A stretch of 64,000 nucleotides of DNA from the human T2T-CHM13v2.0 reference genome, Homo sapiens. The DNA lies in assembly GCF_009914755.1 (NCBI RefSeq), contig NC_060925.1; one strand, 5' to 3'. The notes under the pieces are model-generated. The model made no database searches and was not told the DNA's origin. It worked only from the letters and a program-made list of their open reading frames with translations. Positions 10,804 through 24,372 of this stretch are shown here, piece by piece. The position numbers and the translations under genes were made by a program. Position 1 is the stretch's first letter. Every line of letters begins with the position of its first letter.

Positions 10804-10921
10804 CAAATCTTCAGACATAAATAATACAAAGTTCTAGAACACCCCTCTTTAAGAATAGTTTGTGTGGATATCCTTTATCTTTTTCAGATAATAACATTTA
10901 CTGAACACATTTTTAAAAATG

Positions 10922-11231
10922 GGCCGGGCGCGGTGGCTTATGCCCATAATTCCAGCACTTTAGGAGGCCAAGGTGGGCGGATCACCTGAGGTAAGGAGTT
11001 TGAGACCAGCCTGGCCAACATGGTGAAACCTTGTCTCTACTATAAATACAAAAAAAAAAAAAATTAGCAGGGCATGGTGGCACATCTGTAATCCCAGCTA
11101 CTCGGGATGCTGAGGCACGAGAATCGCTTGAGCCCAGGAGGGAGAGGTTGCAGCTAGCTGAGATCGTGCCACTGCACTCCAGCCTGGGCAACAGAGCGAG
11201 ACTCAGTCTCAAATAAAAAAAAAAAAAAAAA
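10922..11231 (+). mobile_element. AluSx-like
   Basis: Full dimer with long poly-A. Confidence 0.96.
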
Positions 11232-13011
11232 GTTGTACAGTTGTGTTTCCTACTATAGTGAGTGAAATTTCTGTGGTTTGCTAAGAAAAAGAAAAGAGAT
11301 TCACATGACATAGTAGGCTTTACCAAGATTATTAAGGAAATGGTGGCAAGGTAGTGGTTTCGGATCCTTTGTTTCATTAGAAGGAAGGATGAGGTAAGTT
11401 GAAATAGAGGGTTTATGTAATTGTTCTTTGCAGTTGCTTTCTTCAGTAGCACAAAGTGATTTGATCACCTTTTAAGTAGGTGAACCACAAAAAAGCATTC
11501 AACTAATGACAGTTAATTCAGAAAAACTTCAGCTGTTTGCTCCCTTGTCCCTCCCTATTGGAAAAACTTTTAACTAACTAGAGAGTTGTTTGGTCTTGTT
11601 AACCAGGAGGAGGAGTTTGAAGTGTGCTAAGGGCACTGCTAAAATTGCTTCACCCTATCTTGGTAGAGGGATAATTGCTGTCTGATGTTTGTAAAAACAC
11701 CTTTCTTCCCAAAGGCTGTCAAGTACTTCTTAAGGCTAGCATGTAGAAAACCCTTTTGCAAATTTCATGTAGTTTATTTTATAGTGAGAGGGCAGCCCAT
11801 CAAGAAGTAATGTGGTTCACAAGTAGAAGGGAAAAGAGAAGTCTTGAGGCCCAGTGCAGTGGTGTTAGTGAGTATACAGTAAACAAAAGAAATAAAAATT
11901 GAACCCTTAAAGGCATAAAAACATTTCATTTGCTAGACTATGATACAGAAGTTATCACTTTCCTAATCTCTACAGCTGGGTTCAGATATGAGCTGTCTGA
12001 ATTTTACCTTCCCTTACCAGGTGTTAGTAACATCAATTAATTGTCTTTGTTGGCTTTGCTCATAAGGGTTCAGTTTAGATCCTGATTGTATTTTTACCCC
12101 TCCATAAATTATCTTCAACATTGCTCGAGTTCCATTCACATTGTGTCACTTGTAGCAGACTTTCTAAAAGTACCCCTTACCTCCATCCCTGAGTCTAAGG
12201 GATTGGTAATACTTATAGATATTGATTGAGAGAGTGAAAATTTAGTGAGGGGAAAACATTCAACATAGATAAGATAACAAAATTCGGAAGAGTAGTCTGA
12301 AAAGTTAAAATGAAACCTTAAAGTCAATAGTTTTTGATATTTTTCAAAGCAATCCTTTAGGTTTTCTCATTGAAGAAACTGGCTCAGGAAGTTTAGCTTA
12401 TTCCCAAAATTGGAGACAGACTCCACAGTTTGTCAGGATTGGAACTCTTAACCTCAGATTCCTTAGCCTCCTGATTTAGCTTCTAGATCTTGCTGCCTTC
12501 CCTTAGGGAGATGGCCTCTCAAAGCTGAAGGTCAGGAAAACTCGACAGTGAGAAATACCAGATTGTTAGTTTCACAGTCTTTTAAGGGAAATGCTGGAAA
12601 TACCATTACCTAGGTAACAGAAAACAAAAATGGACAAAACATCCATAAAGTAGGAGGATGAAAATAATTTCATAGTAATCCTTAAGAGATAGACCAGAGG
12701 ACAGATGAGATTTTTTTTTTTCATATTTTTCCTAAGCTTATTATGCATACTTTTTTTGGTGCTGTGATTGGAAGTGATGTCTGAAGGAAATTTGAATTTC
12801 ATATATGATGCTTAGAACCCTGAATAATACCTAATAACTTTGTACCTTCCACTTGAATTTCTAACCTCTGATTCCTGTCATTAAAAATTAATACCCTTTT
12901 TCTGATTATGAATATAATTTGTGCTTAACATAAAGAATTAGAATTTTAGGAAAAGCCAAAATTAAAATCATTTGTAATTCTACCTCTTAGAGATAACTAT
13001 CATTTTTTTTT

Positions 13012-13209
13012 AAATATTATATTTTAGAGACGGGGTCTCATTCTGTTGCCAAGGTTGGAGTGCAGTGGCGCAATCATAGCTCATGCCCAGGTTGGAGTGC
13101 AGTGGCGCAATCATAGCTTACATATTATCCATTGCCTGGGTTCAGGGGATCCTTCCACCTCAGCCTCCCGAATAACTGGGACTACAGGAGTGTGCTACCA
13201 CACCTGGCT
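13012..13209 (-). mobile_element. Alu right arm (AluJ/FRAM) with internal 37-bp tandem duplication
   Basis: TGCC(A/C)AGGTTGGAGTGCAGTGGCGCAATCATAGCT starts at 13047 and again at 13084. Confidence 0.88.
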
Positions 13210-13369
13210 GAGATAATTATTCTTTTAATATTTTATTGTGTTTTATTCCAGTCTTTTTTGTGTACAGATTTTTTTGTATTAATACATATTTGGTATCAAA
13301 CTGCATATATTTTACATTCTACTTTTTTTCTCTTAAGTGTATTTTCTCATGTTATTGAAAACATTAACA

Positions 13370-15080
13370 CATTTTTTTAAATATGTTATTTATTTTAAAA
13401 AATAGGTAATATATTCCTTTGTTCCAAAATTCAGAGTATAAAAAGATATTCCATGAGCTCTCTCTTACTCTTCCTCCCTGCCTCTACAACTTGCCATCTG
13501 GCAGGCATGGTCCCTCTTCCCAATCAATAAATACTTGAAATTGTTATGTATCTTTCCATACCTATTCCACGTGCATAGAAGCAAATGTAGAGATAGATAG
13601 ATATGTAAAAATCCTGCCATAAGTGGGATCCAAGAAATCTAGTTTACAAAAAATTCAGGGTTATATTTCTGTGAGGTTAGTGAAATGACCAGAACAAACC
13701 TGCAAATGAAGTTGGCCATGAGTTCTGGGGGTCTGGAGCCGGTAAATTGCTTTATATCTGAAATGATATCATAGGTTTTTACTGTATATATGCATTTTTC
13801 TCTATTTTTACACGTATGATAACCCATTAGAACTGATTTTTATCTGCACTTTGAGATTGCTTCTTCTTTCTTCCCCCCGCCCCTCACTTATTAATGTATC
13901 TCAGATATATTTTCCTTTCATTTTGTAAAGAGGTACCTCATTCTTTTTATGGCTGCATAATGCCTGAATTAATCATAACTCATTTAATTATTCCCCAAGT
14001 TTTGCTAGTTCAAGTGATTTTGCAGTGAATGATCTTGAGTATAAGCCATTTTGCTTGTGTATGAGCATATCTGTAAGAAAAATACATAGAATTGCTAGGT
14101 CAAAGGTACGTGTATTTGTAATTTTGAAAGATATTGCCAAATTGCCCTACCTGTCTGTACTTCGCCCGCAATATATGAGAGTGCCTGTCTCCCCACACAT
14201 AATGAATTATCACGAAATTTTGGATCAGACAATCTGAAAGGTAAAAATGGTGTCTTAATTTAATTTTTTTTAATATCTTTTACATTAAGTGTGATTGAAC
14301 ATCTTTTCATTTTTAAGAGTCATTTAAATATAACCTTTTCTGTGAACTGTACATACCTTTTGCCCATTTTTATTGGGTTCTTGGATCTTTTTCTTAGTGA
14401 TTTGTAGGAACTATTAGTATATTAAGCAAAGCATACTAAGGAACTCTTAGTATTTAAGTAAAGAACCCTTTATCTGCAACAGTTGCCAGTATTTTCATTT
14501 TTCTTATGGTATTCCCCCCACCCTTATGAAGAAATGATTCTTACACAATTGAATGTATCGGATTTTTCTTTTATGGCTTTTTGGTTTTATGTCAGAATGT
14601 ATTTTATGTTAGAATGGGCTTTCCTGGGAGTTCTCTGGACCTTTATTTTGTAACCTCAGAATAGGAAAGCCCATTCTTTTTTTTTCCCCCTCTACATACA
14701 CTAAGTACCTAAATACCCTTGGGGGACAAAAAAAAGAGTGGGCTTTCCTGTTCTGAGGTTATGAAATAATTCTCTCTTGGTTTATCTAGTACTTCGTTGG
14801 TTTTATTTTTTACATTCAAATCTTTAATCCAGTCTGGTATTAAATATGAGATATGGATCCAATTTCATTTTTTGAAAGATGGCTTTCCAGTTGTCCTACC
14901 ATCATTTGTTGAAGAAACCAGCTTTTTCGCACTGATTTAAGAAGACTTCTTTATTCTATACAAGATTGCCATTTATATTTTGGGTTATTTCAAGATTTTC
15001 TATTCTGTTCTATTGGTCTGTTTATATTCATGTGCCAGTATCACACAGCTTTATTGTTGAGACTTTATAATATGAAAATA
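13370..15080 (-). mobile_element. Old L1M (L1ME/MD-like) fragments
   Basis: Antisense L1 phrases (GAATTGCTAGGTCAAAGG, ATATTGCCAAATTGCCCT, CCAGTTGTCCTACCATCATTTGTTGAA, TCTATTCTGTTCTATTGGTCTG). Confidence 0.7.
14643..14769. repeat. Inverted repeat, ~48-bp stem and 30-nt loop
   Basis: 14643-14690 pairs with 14721-14769, 4 transitions and 1 bulge. Confidence 0.92.
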
Positions 15081-16356
15081 CAATTTTTAATGACTAACAT
15101 TATTTAACCATTATTCTATTTTAGATGTTAACATTTTTCAAAAAGTTTAACACTTTACTGATTTGTCTTTGTGCACAAATCTTTGATCCAAACTTCTGAA
15201 TGTTTTCTTATGCTGAATTCCTAGAAGAGTATGAAATGTTTTTAAAGGCCTGAGATTTAGTGCGAAATTGGTGAAACCTTCCTGGAAAGTAATTCCTGCC
15301 TCTAGTATGTGAAATATGGCTCATAATTTTAAGTTCTACTGCTGTGTTGCTACTTTCAATGTATTAAAATCTTTTTACATAAATTTTATATAATACCTTA
15401 AACGTTACTTAGCACATATTAAATGCCTTGAGTCTTTATGCCTTTAAGACTGTCCTTCAAAAACTTAGTTGTTGTTTAAATGGTACTCCTTTTTATTAAT
15501 GGCATATTTCCAAGTGAATGAGGGAAGGGCGGGAGTATAGACTCAAAGCAATTGGTCTGCTAAAGGTCAAATCCATGACCGTGACCTTACTTGTATTATG
15601 TCAGACCCTCCAACTGAAATAACTTGATGCAGACATATGTTTTAGGTATTCTAAGAAGCACACAGTTGGTAACTTTTATCTCAGCTAGAAGGAGTTGACA
15701 TTCATGAAAGTTATTTTGAACATGATTTGAATATAGTTTCATTTAGTTTTACCTGGATGAGTGATTGAGTTGTATGTCTTATATAATACTGTGTTAATGA
15801 CCCAGTTTTATAGCATGGGATTAATTTAGGTATGTTCTGAGGAAAGTTTTTCATAATGTTAAACAAAGCCAAATCCAAGTAATGGCAACAAGAACTAATA
15901 TTAATGATTAAAGTAATTTAAAATCTTTTCTTCAGAAAAAATAATGGCAGGAATAGGAATAAGACTATGGAAAAAATCATATTTTATATAGACCGTTAAC
16001 AAAGTTAACCAAATTTTCTTTTACCATTTAGCTGTTTAGCATGTAATACATAAGCATAAGCTTGTCTTGCTAGGCCAGAAAGGAGCAAACTTAGAAAAAG
16101 AACAAACTGTTTTTAACTTTTAACAATGACTTAAAGTAGTTTGAAAGTGAAATGAAAAAATAATCCCTTATCCAGTTAATACTCTGGAGGTTTGTAGGAA
16201 AATTTGTTTAATTCGGGCAGGATAGAATATGCAAATATCTTGCTCCATAAATAAGTACTAAATAATGAAGACATATGAAGGATATGATACAGTGGGAAAG
16301 TATGGCAGTATTTTTGTCAGTTTTTGAAGTGTATGAAATTACTAGACACATTCTCT

Positions 16357-16663
16357 TTTTGTTTTTTGGGGTTCTTTTTTTTTTTTTTGAGACGGAGTCT
16401 TGTTCTGTCACTCAGGCTGGAGTGCTGTGGCTCTATCTTGGCTCACTGTAGCCTGGACCTCCCAGGCTCAAGGGATCCTCCCACCAAGTAGGTGCTACTT
16501 CAGGTGTGCACCACTGCGCCCAGCTAGTTTTTTGTTTACTTTTTGTAGAGACGAGGTCTCACTGTGTTGCCCAGGCTGGTTTTGAACTTCTAAGCTCAAG
16601 CAATCCTCTTGCCCCAGCCTTCCAAAGTGCTGTGATTATAGGCATGAGCTGCTGTACCCAGCC
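16357..16663 (-). mobile_element. AluJ-like
   Basis: Diverged antisense dimer with GGCTCAAG J diagnostics. Confidence 0.92.
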
Positions 16664-18139
16664 ACGTTTTCTTTTTGAACTCAGTAAAAATCAATTGTAG
16701 TTTTAAAGCATTTTACTAATTTAGTTCATGGAAACATGAAATCGCTGTAGATGACAACATTATTGTTAGGAGTTAATCTATAACTCTGTTGCTCTGAGGG
16801 ATACACTGACAAGGTGAAGATTATTCTTGTTTTGTTTTTCTGTTCTTGTAATGAAATTTTTTTAATGTCATATTTTATGTAATAATTTTCCAAAAAGGAT
16901 AGCATGTACACTATCTCCAGGGTAGTGACTGACAGCATAAAAAATCTCTTTGCCTGGCTATAATCTATATTTGCATGTTCCAGTTTGTGCTGAAGTATAG
17001 CATATCCACAATTCCTAGATTTCCCTCCATGGTTCCCTTAGGCTTGACTGTGTACAACTTTATGTGTATTTGTAAATTTCAAGACTGCCCTTGAGTGAGG
17101 AAACCCAAGGCCTTTCTGTTGCATGTTCCTATTTTGAAATGGCTGCTTTTTGTCCAAGTGGTTGCTGATTACTCTGTATCAACGTATGGACCTTGAATAA
17201 GATGGTCAGTACAGTAGCTACCAAGTAACGAAAGATATGTTGTAATGTCTAAAACAATGACTTTGCTTTTAATGTTGTCTAGTTTTATAAAGACTTCATG
17301 GTTTTCCTTTTTATAGAAAATAAAATTTATATTCCTGTTTTTGAATCTAGCTTGATAACATGATTAAGAAAAAATGGTATCATATGGTGATTTCTATTGA
17401 AATAGAAAGATACCCCAGATACAGTCGATTTCTTCCTGTTTTGTTCAGGTCAGAAAGTCTTCAGTCATTCTTTTGCAAGTTCAACCAAAATAAGCTTAAG
17501 AGAACATTTTCAGTTATTTGCATTTTAGGTTGTAGTTTTGGTCTATACTGAGATTGTCATGCCAGAGTGTCACCTTGAGAGAGGCTTGACTTTGTAATAT
17601 CTATTAGCTGATCATCTTTCTTTTCCTGTAGCTTAACTAGCATAATAAATTTCCTCATATATATCCAGTAATATTATTCTGTTTACCTGTGAGCATATTG
17701 TATGAAATTATATGTTTTTACAGAGTTGCTTTTTCCCTACAATCTTGAAAAACCTTGCATTTTTTTCTGTCAACAAACTTATTAAACATGATAAGTCATT
17801 TCTCCATTTTATCAGGGAAATAATTGTGAAAAAGTTAGTGACTCCTAACGATTCTTGGTGATGTGAGATGATTACTATTTGACTCCCAATCCAGTAGTTT
17901 CTTTTGAAATATTACCCTCTATTATTGAAGTTCACATTTACTGTTTTAACATATTTGTGTTAAAATGTATTACAAGCATTTTTGTGCTTTTCTAAGTTGT
18001 CTTAGAATTTAACAGTATGTCTTATCCTATCTTCTCTGCCTCTTTGAGACCCATGTGGATAGTAACAGATATTGAGTTCTTTGGTGAACTGCAGGAATAA
18101 AAGTGAGGATGCTAGATAGAGTAACCAATAAATTATTTT

Positions 18140-18970
18140 GTGTTTTTTTTATTATGGTAAATATAGCAAATTTTCATTTTAAGTTTGCTATATTTAATAA
18201 GTATACAATTTAATGATATTAAATACATTCATAATGTTGTGTAACCATCACCACTACCTATACCCCAAATGTTTTCATCATCTTCAAACTTCCCATTAAA
18301 CAATGACTCTCCCTTTCCCCTCCTCTTAGCAGCTGGTAACCTCTATTCTTTCTGTCTCCCTGAATTTGCCTATTCTAGGTACCTCATATAGGTGAAATCA
18401 TACATTTGTCCTCCTGTGTCTGACTTATTCACTAAGCATAATGGCTTCAAGGTCCATTCTTGTAACATGTATAAAAATTTCATTTTTTATGGCTAAATAA
18501 ATATTCCATTGTATGTATAAACTATATTTTTTATCCATTCATTTGTTGATGGACATTTGGGTTGTTTCCACATTTTGTCTGTTTTGAATAATGCTGCTAT
18601 GAGCTTTGGTATACAAATATCTGTTTGAGTCTCTGCTTTCCATTCTTATATACCTAGGGGTGGAAATGCTGGGTGTATGGTTGTTCTATGTTTAGCCTTT
18701 TGAGAAACTGCCAGACTGTTTTGGTACAGCAGCTGTATGTACCCTTTTACATCCTTACCAGCAATGCACGAGGGTTCCAGTTACTCCACTTCCTTACCAA
18801 CATTTATTATTCATTTTTGGTTTAACCATCCTAGTAGGTGTGAAGTGATATCCCATTGTGGTTTTTATTTGTATTTACATAATGATTAATGATATTGAGC
18901 ATATTTTTATTGCTTATTGGCCATTTGTATATCTTCTTTGGAGACATGTCTATTCAAGTCCTCTTTTTTG
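18140..18970 (-). mobile_element. L1MB-like 3' region
   Basis: Antisense L1 3'UTR/ORF2 end (TTGTGTAACCATCACCAC, GATGGACATTTGGGTTGTTTCCAC, GGCCATTTGTATATCTTCTTTGGAG). Confidence 0.85.
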
Positions 18971-19084
18971 CATGAATTCTCAGTAGATGTATTGGTATTT
19001 TTTAGATTGTCACTGATGGTGTTAATTATTCTACATATTAATCTTAACTCTGGTAACTGTGACAGTCATGAGCATGATGATAAT

Positions 19085-19340
19085 GATGATAATGAGAAAA
19101 CTTGTTGAGTGTTTGCTGTGAACCTGGCACAGTTCTAAGTGCTTTATGCCTGTTAACTTATTTAATCTTTATAACTACACTATCAGGTAAATACTATTGT
19201 TTTTCTCATTTTATAGATGAGGAATTAGAGGCATAAAGATGTAGAGGAACTTGTCCAACATTATACAGAAAGCAAGTGGCTGATGCGGGATTTGAATCTA
19301 GACAGTTCCTCTCAAATCTGTGCTCTTAATCACTATATAA
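19085..19340 (-). mobile_element. MIR
   Basis: CATTTTATAGATGAGGAATTAGAGGCA...GGGATTTGAATCTAG. Confidence 0.8.
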
Positions 19341-19949
19341 TTTGACTTCTCACAAATAAAGAATGCAAATAGTTATTATAAAAAGTATTCAGTATGATGT
19401 TTGTTAATTTGTATCCCAATCCTGTAGTTTACCTGTGAGTTTTATATTAGCACCATGACTATAAAATAATGACATTGTTATGCTTGATACGCTTTGGATG
19501 TCATAATTTACAGAATATTTTCATCGAGTTGTATAAGTTTTATTAACCGTAGATAACATGAGGAAGCTCTATGTGGGTGAGCCATTTGAATAGTTTTGTA
19601 TTTAAAAAAGGTTAAAGTCTGTTAGCTCTCTAAAATTCATGTATTTTTAGCAGTAATATAAAATATGGACTTTTTTTCTATAAAAGCATGTCTTTCTATG
19701 CCTATTACTTATGTTTGATCAAGCCAGTGAGACTACTGATAGTTAAGAAATCACACAATCTTAAGAACCACAAGTTGTATTCATCTGGGACATAGCTTTA
19801 TTTACTCCAGGATTTATTCAGGTGGCTCTCTACTTTAATATTAGTAATTCTAGGAAAGAGAATTCACTTTCACAGAAGCAGGTCAGTTAAAACATTGCTC
19901 AGAGCTTAGCCCTACAGGAGATATTTTAGGACATTGATAGAATTCACAG

Positions 19950-20080
19950 TTTTTTGTTTTGTTTTTTTTTCCTAGATGAGGGTCTTACTGTTTTGCCCAG
20001 GCTGGTCTTAAACTCCTGAAGTCAAGGAATTCTCTTGCCTCAGTCTCCCAGGGAGCTGGGATTATAGGTGCATGCTTCTC
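19950..20080 (-). mobile_element. Alu monomer (FLAM/FAM-like)
   Basis: TTGCCCAGGCTGGTCTTAAACTCCTG...GCTGGGATTATAGG. Confidence 0.75.
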
Positions 20081-20426
20081 TACTCACCTTCACATGTTCT
20101 TTTCTAAAAGCTCAGGAACACTGTGGGCTCCTAGTGAGCCTAGTTCTCTTTCTCTAAGTTCCTCTTGAGCCTGACTATACTTATGGTACATATGCTTTAT
20201 AATTCATAATTTATATCCCAGGGTTTGTATTTCAAGGACTCAGAAACTTAAAGTATGATTCATACACACAAAACTGTGAATCAGTTTTGAAATTTAACTC
20301 CATTTCTTACAAGTAGGTTGCAGTTCTTAAAAATCTGTGATTCTGTTTTGGCCAGTTTAGCAATGGGAAGTGAATTACAGTATTTCATTCTGACCAATTC
20401 ATATATCTTTTTAGAAACCAGATTTA

Positions 20427-20725
<299 letters not shown>

Positions 20726-21159
20726 CCGGATTCAATAAGAAAATTGCAACAACAAACTACACATCTTTAAAGTGTAATTTGATGTATTTGAAATAAGTAA
20801 CCATGAAACCATTACCACAAGCAAGAAAATGAACACTTACTTTGTCTAAAAAGTTTCTTTGCATCCCTTTGTAATTCCCCCCTTTCCCCAGCCTAACACT
20901 AGACAGCTACTAATCTGCTTTCTATCTGTATAGATTAGTTTGGATTTTCAAGAATTTTATGGACATTAATCCCTCATTATTTACCAGGGGATTGGTTCCA
21001 GGGTCCCAACAGATACCAAAATCCTCAGATGCTGAAGTTCCATATATAAAATGGCATTCTATTTGCATATAGTTTAGGCTTATCCTTCCATATACTTTAA
21101 ACCATTCCTAGATTACATAAAATAGCTAATACAATGTAAATTCTATGTGAATAGTTTTT

Positions 21160-21325
21160 ATACTATATTTATACAGTGTATATATAGTATATATAGCATA
21201 TATAGTGTATATATATGCTATATATACTATATATACAGTGTATATATAGTATATATAGCATATGTAGTATATATATGCTATATATACTGTATATATACAC
21301 TATATACACTATATATAGTGTATAC

Positions 21326-21359
<34 letters not shown>

Positions 21360-21360
21360 A
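21160..21360. repeat. TA-rich self-complementary tandem repeat
   Basis: ~62-bp units of TATATAGTATATATAGCATATATA..TATATATGCTATATATACTATATA, then (TA)n. Confidence 0.92.
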
Positions 21361-21594
21361 CTGCAAACTCCACCTTCCAGGTTCAAGGTATTCTCATGCC
21401 TCAGCCTCCTGAGTAGCTGGGATTAAGGCACACACTACTATGCCTGGCTAATTTTTTGTATTTTTAGTAGAGATGGGGTTTCACCATGTTTCCCAGGCTG
21501 ATCTCGAACTCCTGAGCTCAGGCAATCCGTCTGCCTCAGCCTCCCAAATTTGGGATTTGCTGGGATTACAGGATTGAGCCACTGCACCCGGCCA
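21360..21594 (-). mobile_element. AluS, 3' end replaced by the TA repeat
   Basis: CTGCAAACTCCACCTTCCAGG...GAGCCACTGCACCCGGCC. Confidence 0.9.
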
Positions 21595-21952
21595 TACTGT
21601 ATTGTTTTTTAAAATTTGTATTCTACATTTTTTATAGTTGTGTTTTTTTCTTTTTACGGAATATTTTTGATTTGCAGTTGGTTCAATCCATGGATGTGGA
21701 ATTTATGGAAGGTCAACTGTAAGTGGAATTGTATGATATATACTAATTTTTTGTTTGGCTTCTTTCAGCATATTTTGAGATTCATCCATGTTGTTGCATG
21801 TATCAATAGTTAATTCCTTTGTATTGCTGATAGTATCCCATCGATATTCTACAATTGTTTGCCAGCTCGCCTTTTGATGAACATTTGAGTTGTTTTTAGT
21901 TTTTGACTATGACAGATAAAGTTGTTGTGAACATTTGTGTACTAGTCTTTGC

Positions 21953-22106
21953 GCACACCACCACACCTGGCTAATTTGTATTTTTTTGTAGAGACAGGGT
22001 TTTGCCATGTTGCCCAGGCTGATCTCAAACTCCTGGGCTCAAGTGATCCTCCTGCCTTGGCCTCCCAAAGTGCTAGGATTACGTGCATGAGCCACCATGC
22101 CTGACC
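21953..22106 (-). mobile_element. Alu left-arm fragment (AluJ)
   Basis: CACCACACCTGGCTAATTTG...GAGCCACCATGCCTGACC. Confidence 0.88.
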
Positions 22107-22158
22107 TTGTTTAATATTTTAAGAAACTGCTGAATTGTTTTCCTAAGTGGTTGTACCG

Positions 22159-22274
22159 TTTTCCCACTAGCAGTGTGTGGCAGGTTCCATTATCACATTT
22201 TCCTACCAGCAGTGTACGTAGGTTCCATTTCCATGTTTTCCTACCAGCAGTGTATGTAAGTTCCATTTCCACAT
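22159..22274. repeat. 3 x ~38-bp tandem repeat of an L1 segment
   Basis: TTTTCCTACCAGCAGTGTA..AGGTTCCATTTCCACA repeated at ~22159, 22198 and 22236. Confidence 0.88.
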
Positions 22275-22406
22275 CCTCATCAATACTTAATTTTAGCCAT
22301 TTCAAGAGGTGTGCAGTGATAGCCATTGTGGTTTCAATTTATTCAATGACTAATAATGTTGAGCAGCTTTTCATATGCTTATTGGATATTCATGTATCTT
22401 TAGTAA

Positions 22407-23267
<861 letters not shown>

Positions 23268-23272
23268 TCATG

Positions 23273-23626
23273 AAAAATGATGAGTTCATGTCCTTTGTAG
23301 GGACGTGGATGAAATTGGAAATCATCATTCTCAGTAAACTATCGCAAGAACAAAAAACCAAACACTGCATATTCTCACTCATAGGTGGGAATTGAACAAT
23401 GAGATCACATGGACACAGGAAGGGGAACATCACACTCTGGGGACTGTTGTGGGGTGGGGGGAGGGAGGAGGGGGGAGGGATAGCTTTGGGAGATATACCT
23501 AATGCTAGATGACGAGTTAGTGGGTGCAGCACACCAGCATGGCACATGTATACATATGTAACTAACCTGCACAATGTGCACATGTACCCTAAAACTTAAA
23601 GTATAATAGTAAAAGAAAAAAAAGAA
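23273..23626 (+). mobile_element. L1PA2-like 3' end (~350 bp)
   Basis: GGGAGATATACCTAATGCTAGATGACGAGTTAG...CTGCACAATGTGCAC...CTTAAAG (GAG and A states, not the Ta ACA/G); TSD AAAAAAGAAATCATG 23258-23272 and 23627-23641. Confidence 0.92.
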
Positions 23627-24029
23627 AAAAAAGAAATCATGGTCTAGCCCAATTTCACAAAGATTTTCTTCTATTTTTTTCATTGAAAGTTTTATAGTTT
23701 TTGTCCTATCATCCATTTTGATTGTATTTTTGTGTGTGGTAAAGAATAAGAATTGAAATTCTTCTTTTTTTAAATGGATATCAAATAGCACCATTTGTTG
23801 AAAAAACTATCCTTTGAGCACTCAGGTGCCTTTGTATCTTTGTTGAAAATGTAATATATGTGTGGGTTTATATCTGGACTATTCAATTCCATCGGTCTGT
23901 TGTCTATCTTGATTTACAAGCATACTGTTTTGATTACTATAGATTAATGATAAATTGAGGTGAGATATACAACCCTGACTTTTTTTTTTTCAAAGTTACT
24001 TTGACTACTCTAGATCATTTGCATGCCCA

Positions 24030-24207
24030 TAGGTCTTGTTCTGTCACCCAGGCTGGAGCTCAGTTGTGTGATCATTACTGTAGCTTTGAACTCCTGGGCT
24101 CAAGCAATCTTCCCACCTCAGATTCCTTAGTAGCTAGGACTGCAGGCATGCATCACCATACCAGGCTGATTTTGTGTATGTGTATGTGTGTGGGCATGCA
24201 TGCCTGC

Positions 24208-24259
<52 letters not shown>

Positions 24260-24372
24260 GCAGAGTCTTGCTGTATTGCCCAGGCTGGTCTGAAACTCCT
24301 GGCCTCAAGCAATCCCCCAACCTTCGCCTCCAAACGTGCTGGGATTATAGCTGTGAGCCACCACACCTGGGC
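24030..24372 (-). mobile_element. AluJ with (TG)n expanded in its middle linker (~24174-24255)
   Basis: Two Alu arms flank a long TG run. Confidence 0.9.

Larger units (their letters stand above)
20965..21721. mobile_element. MER2 (TcMar-Tigger) split by an Alu and a TA-rich repeat
   Basis: GGGGATTGGTTCCAGG...CAGATACCAAAATCC...; right end GGTTCAATCCATGGATGTGGAA...CAACTGTA. Confidence 0.75.

Noticed and set aside
21147-21416. Tyr/Ile-rich ORFs on both strands
   Set aside because: Translation of the TA-rich repeat
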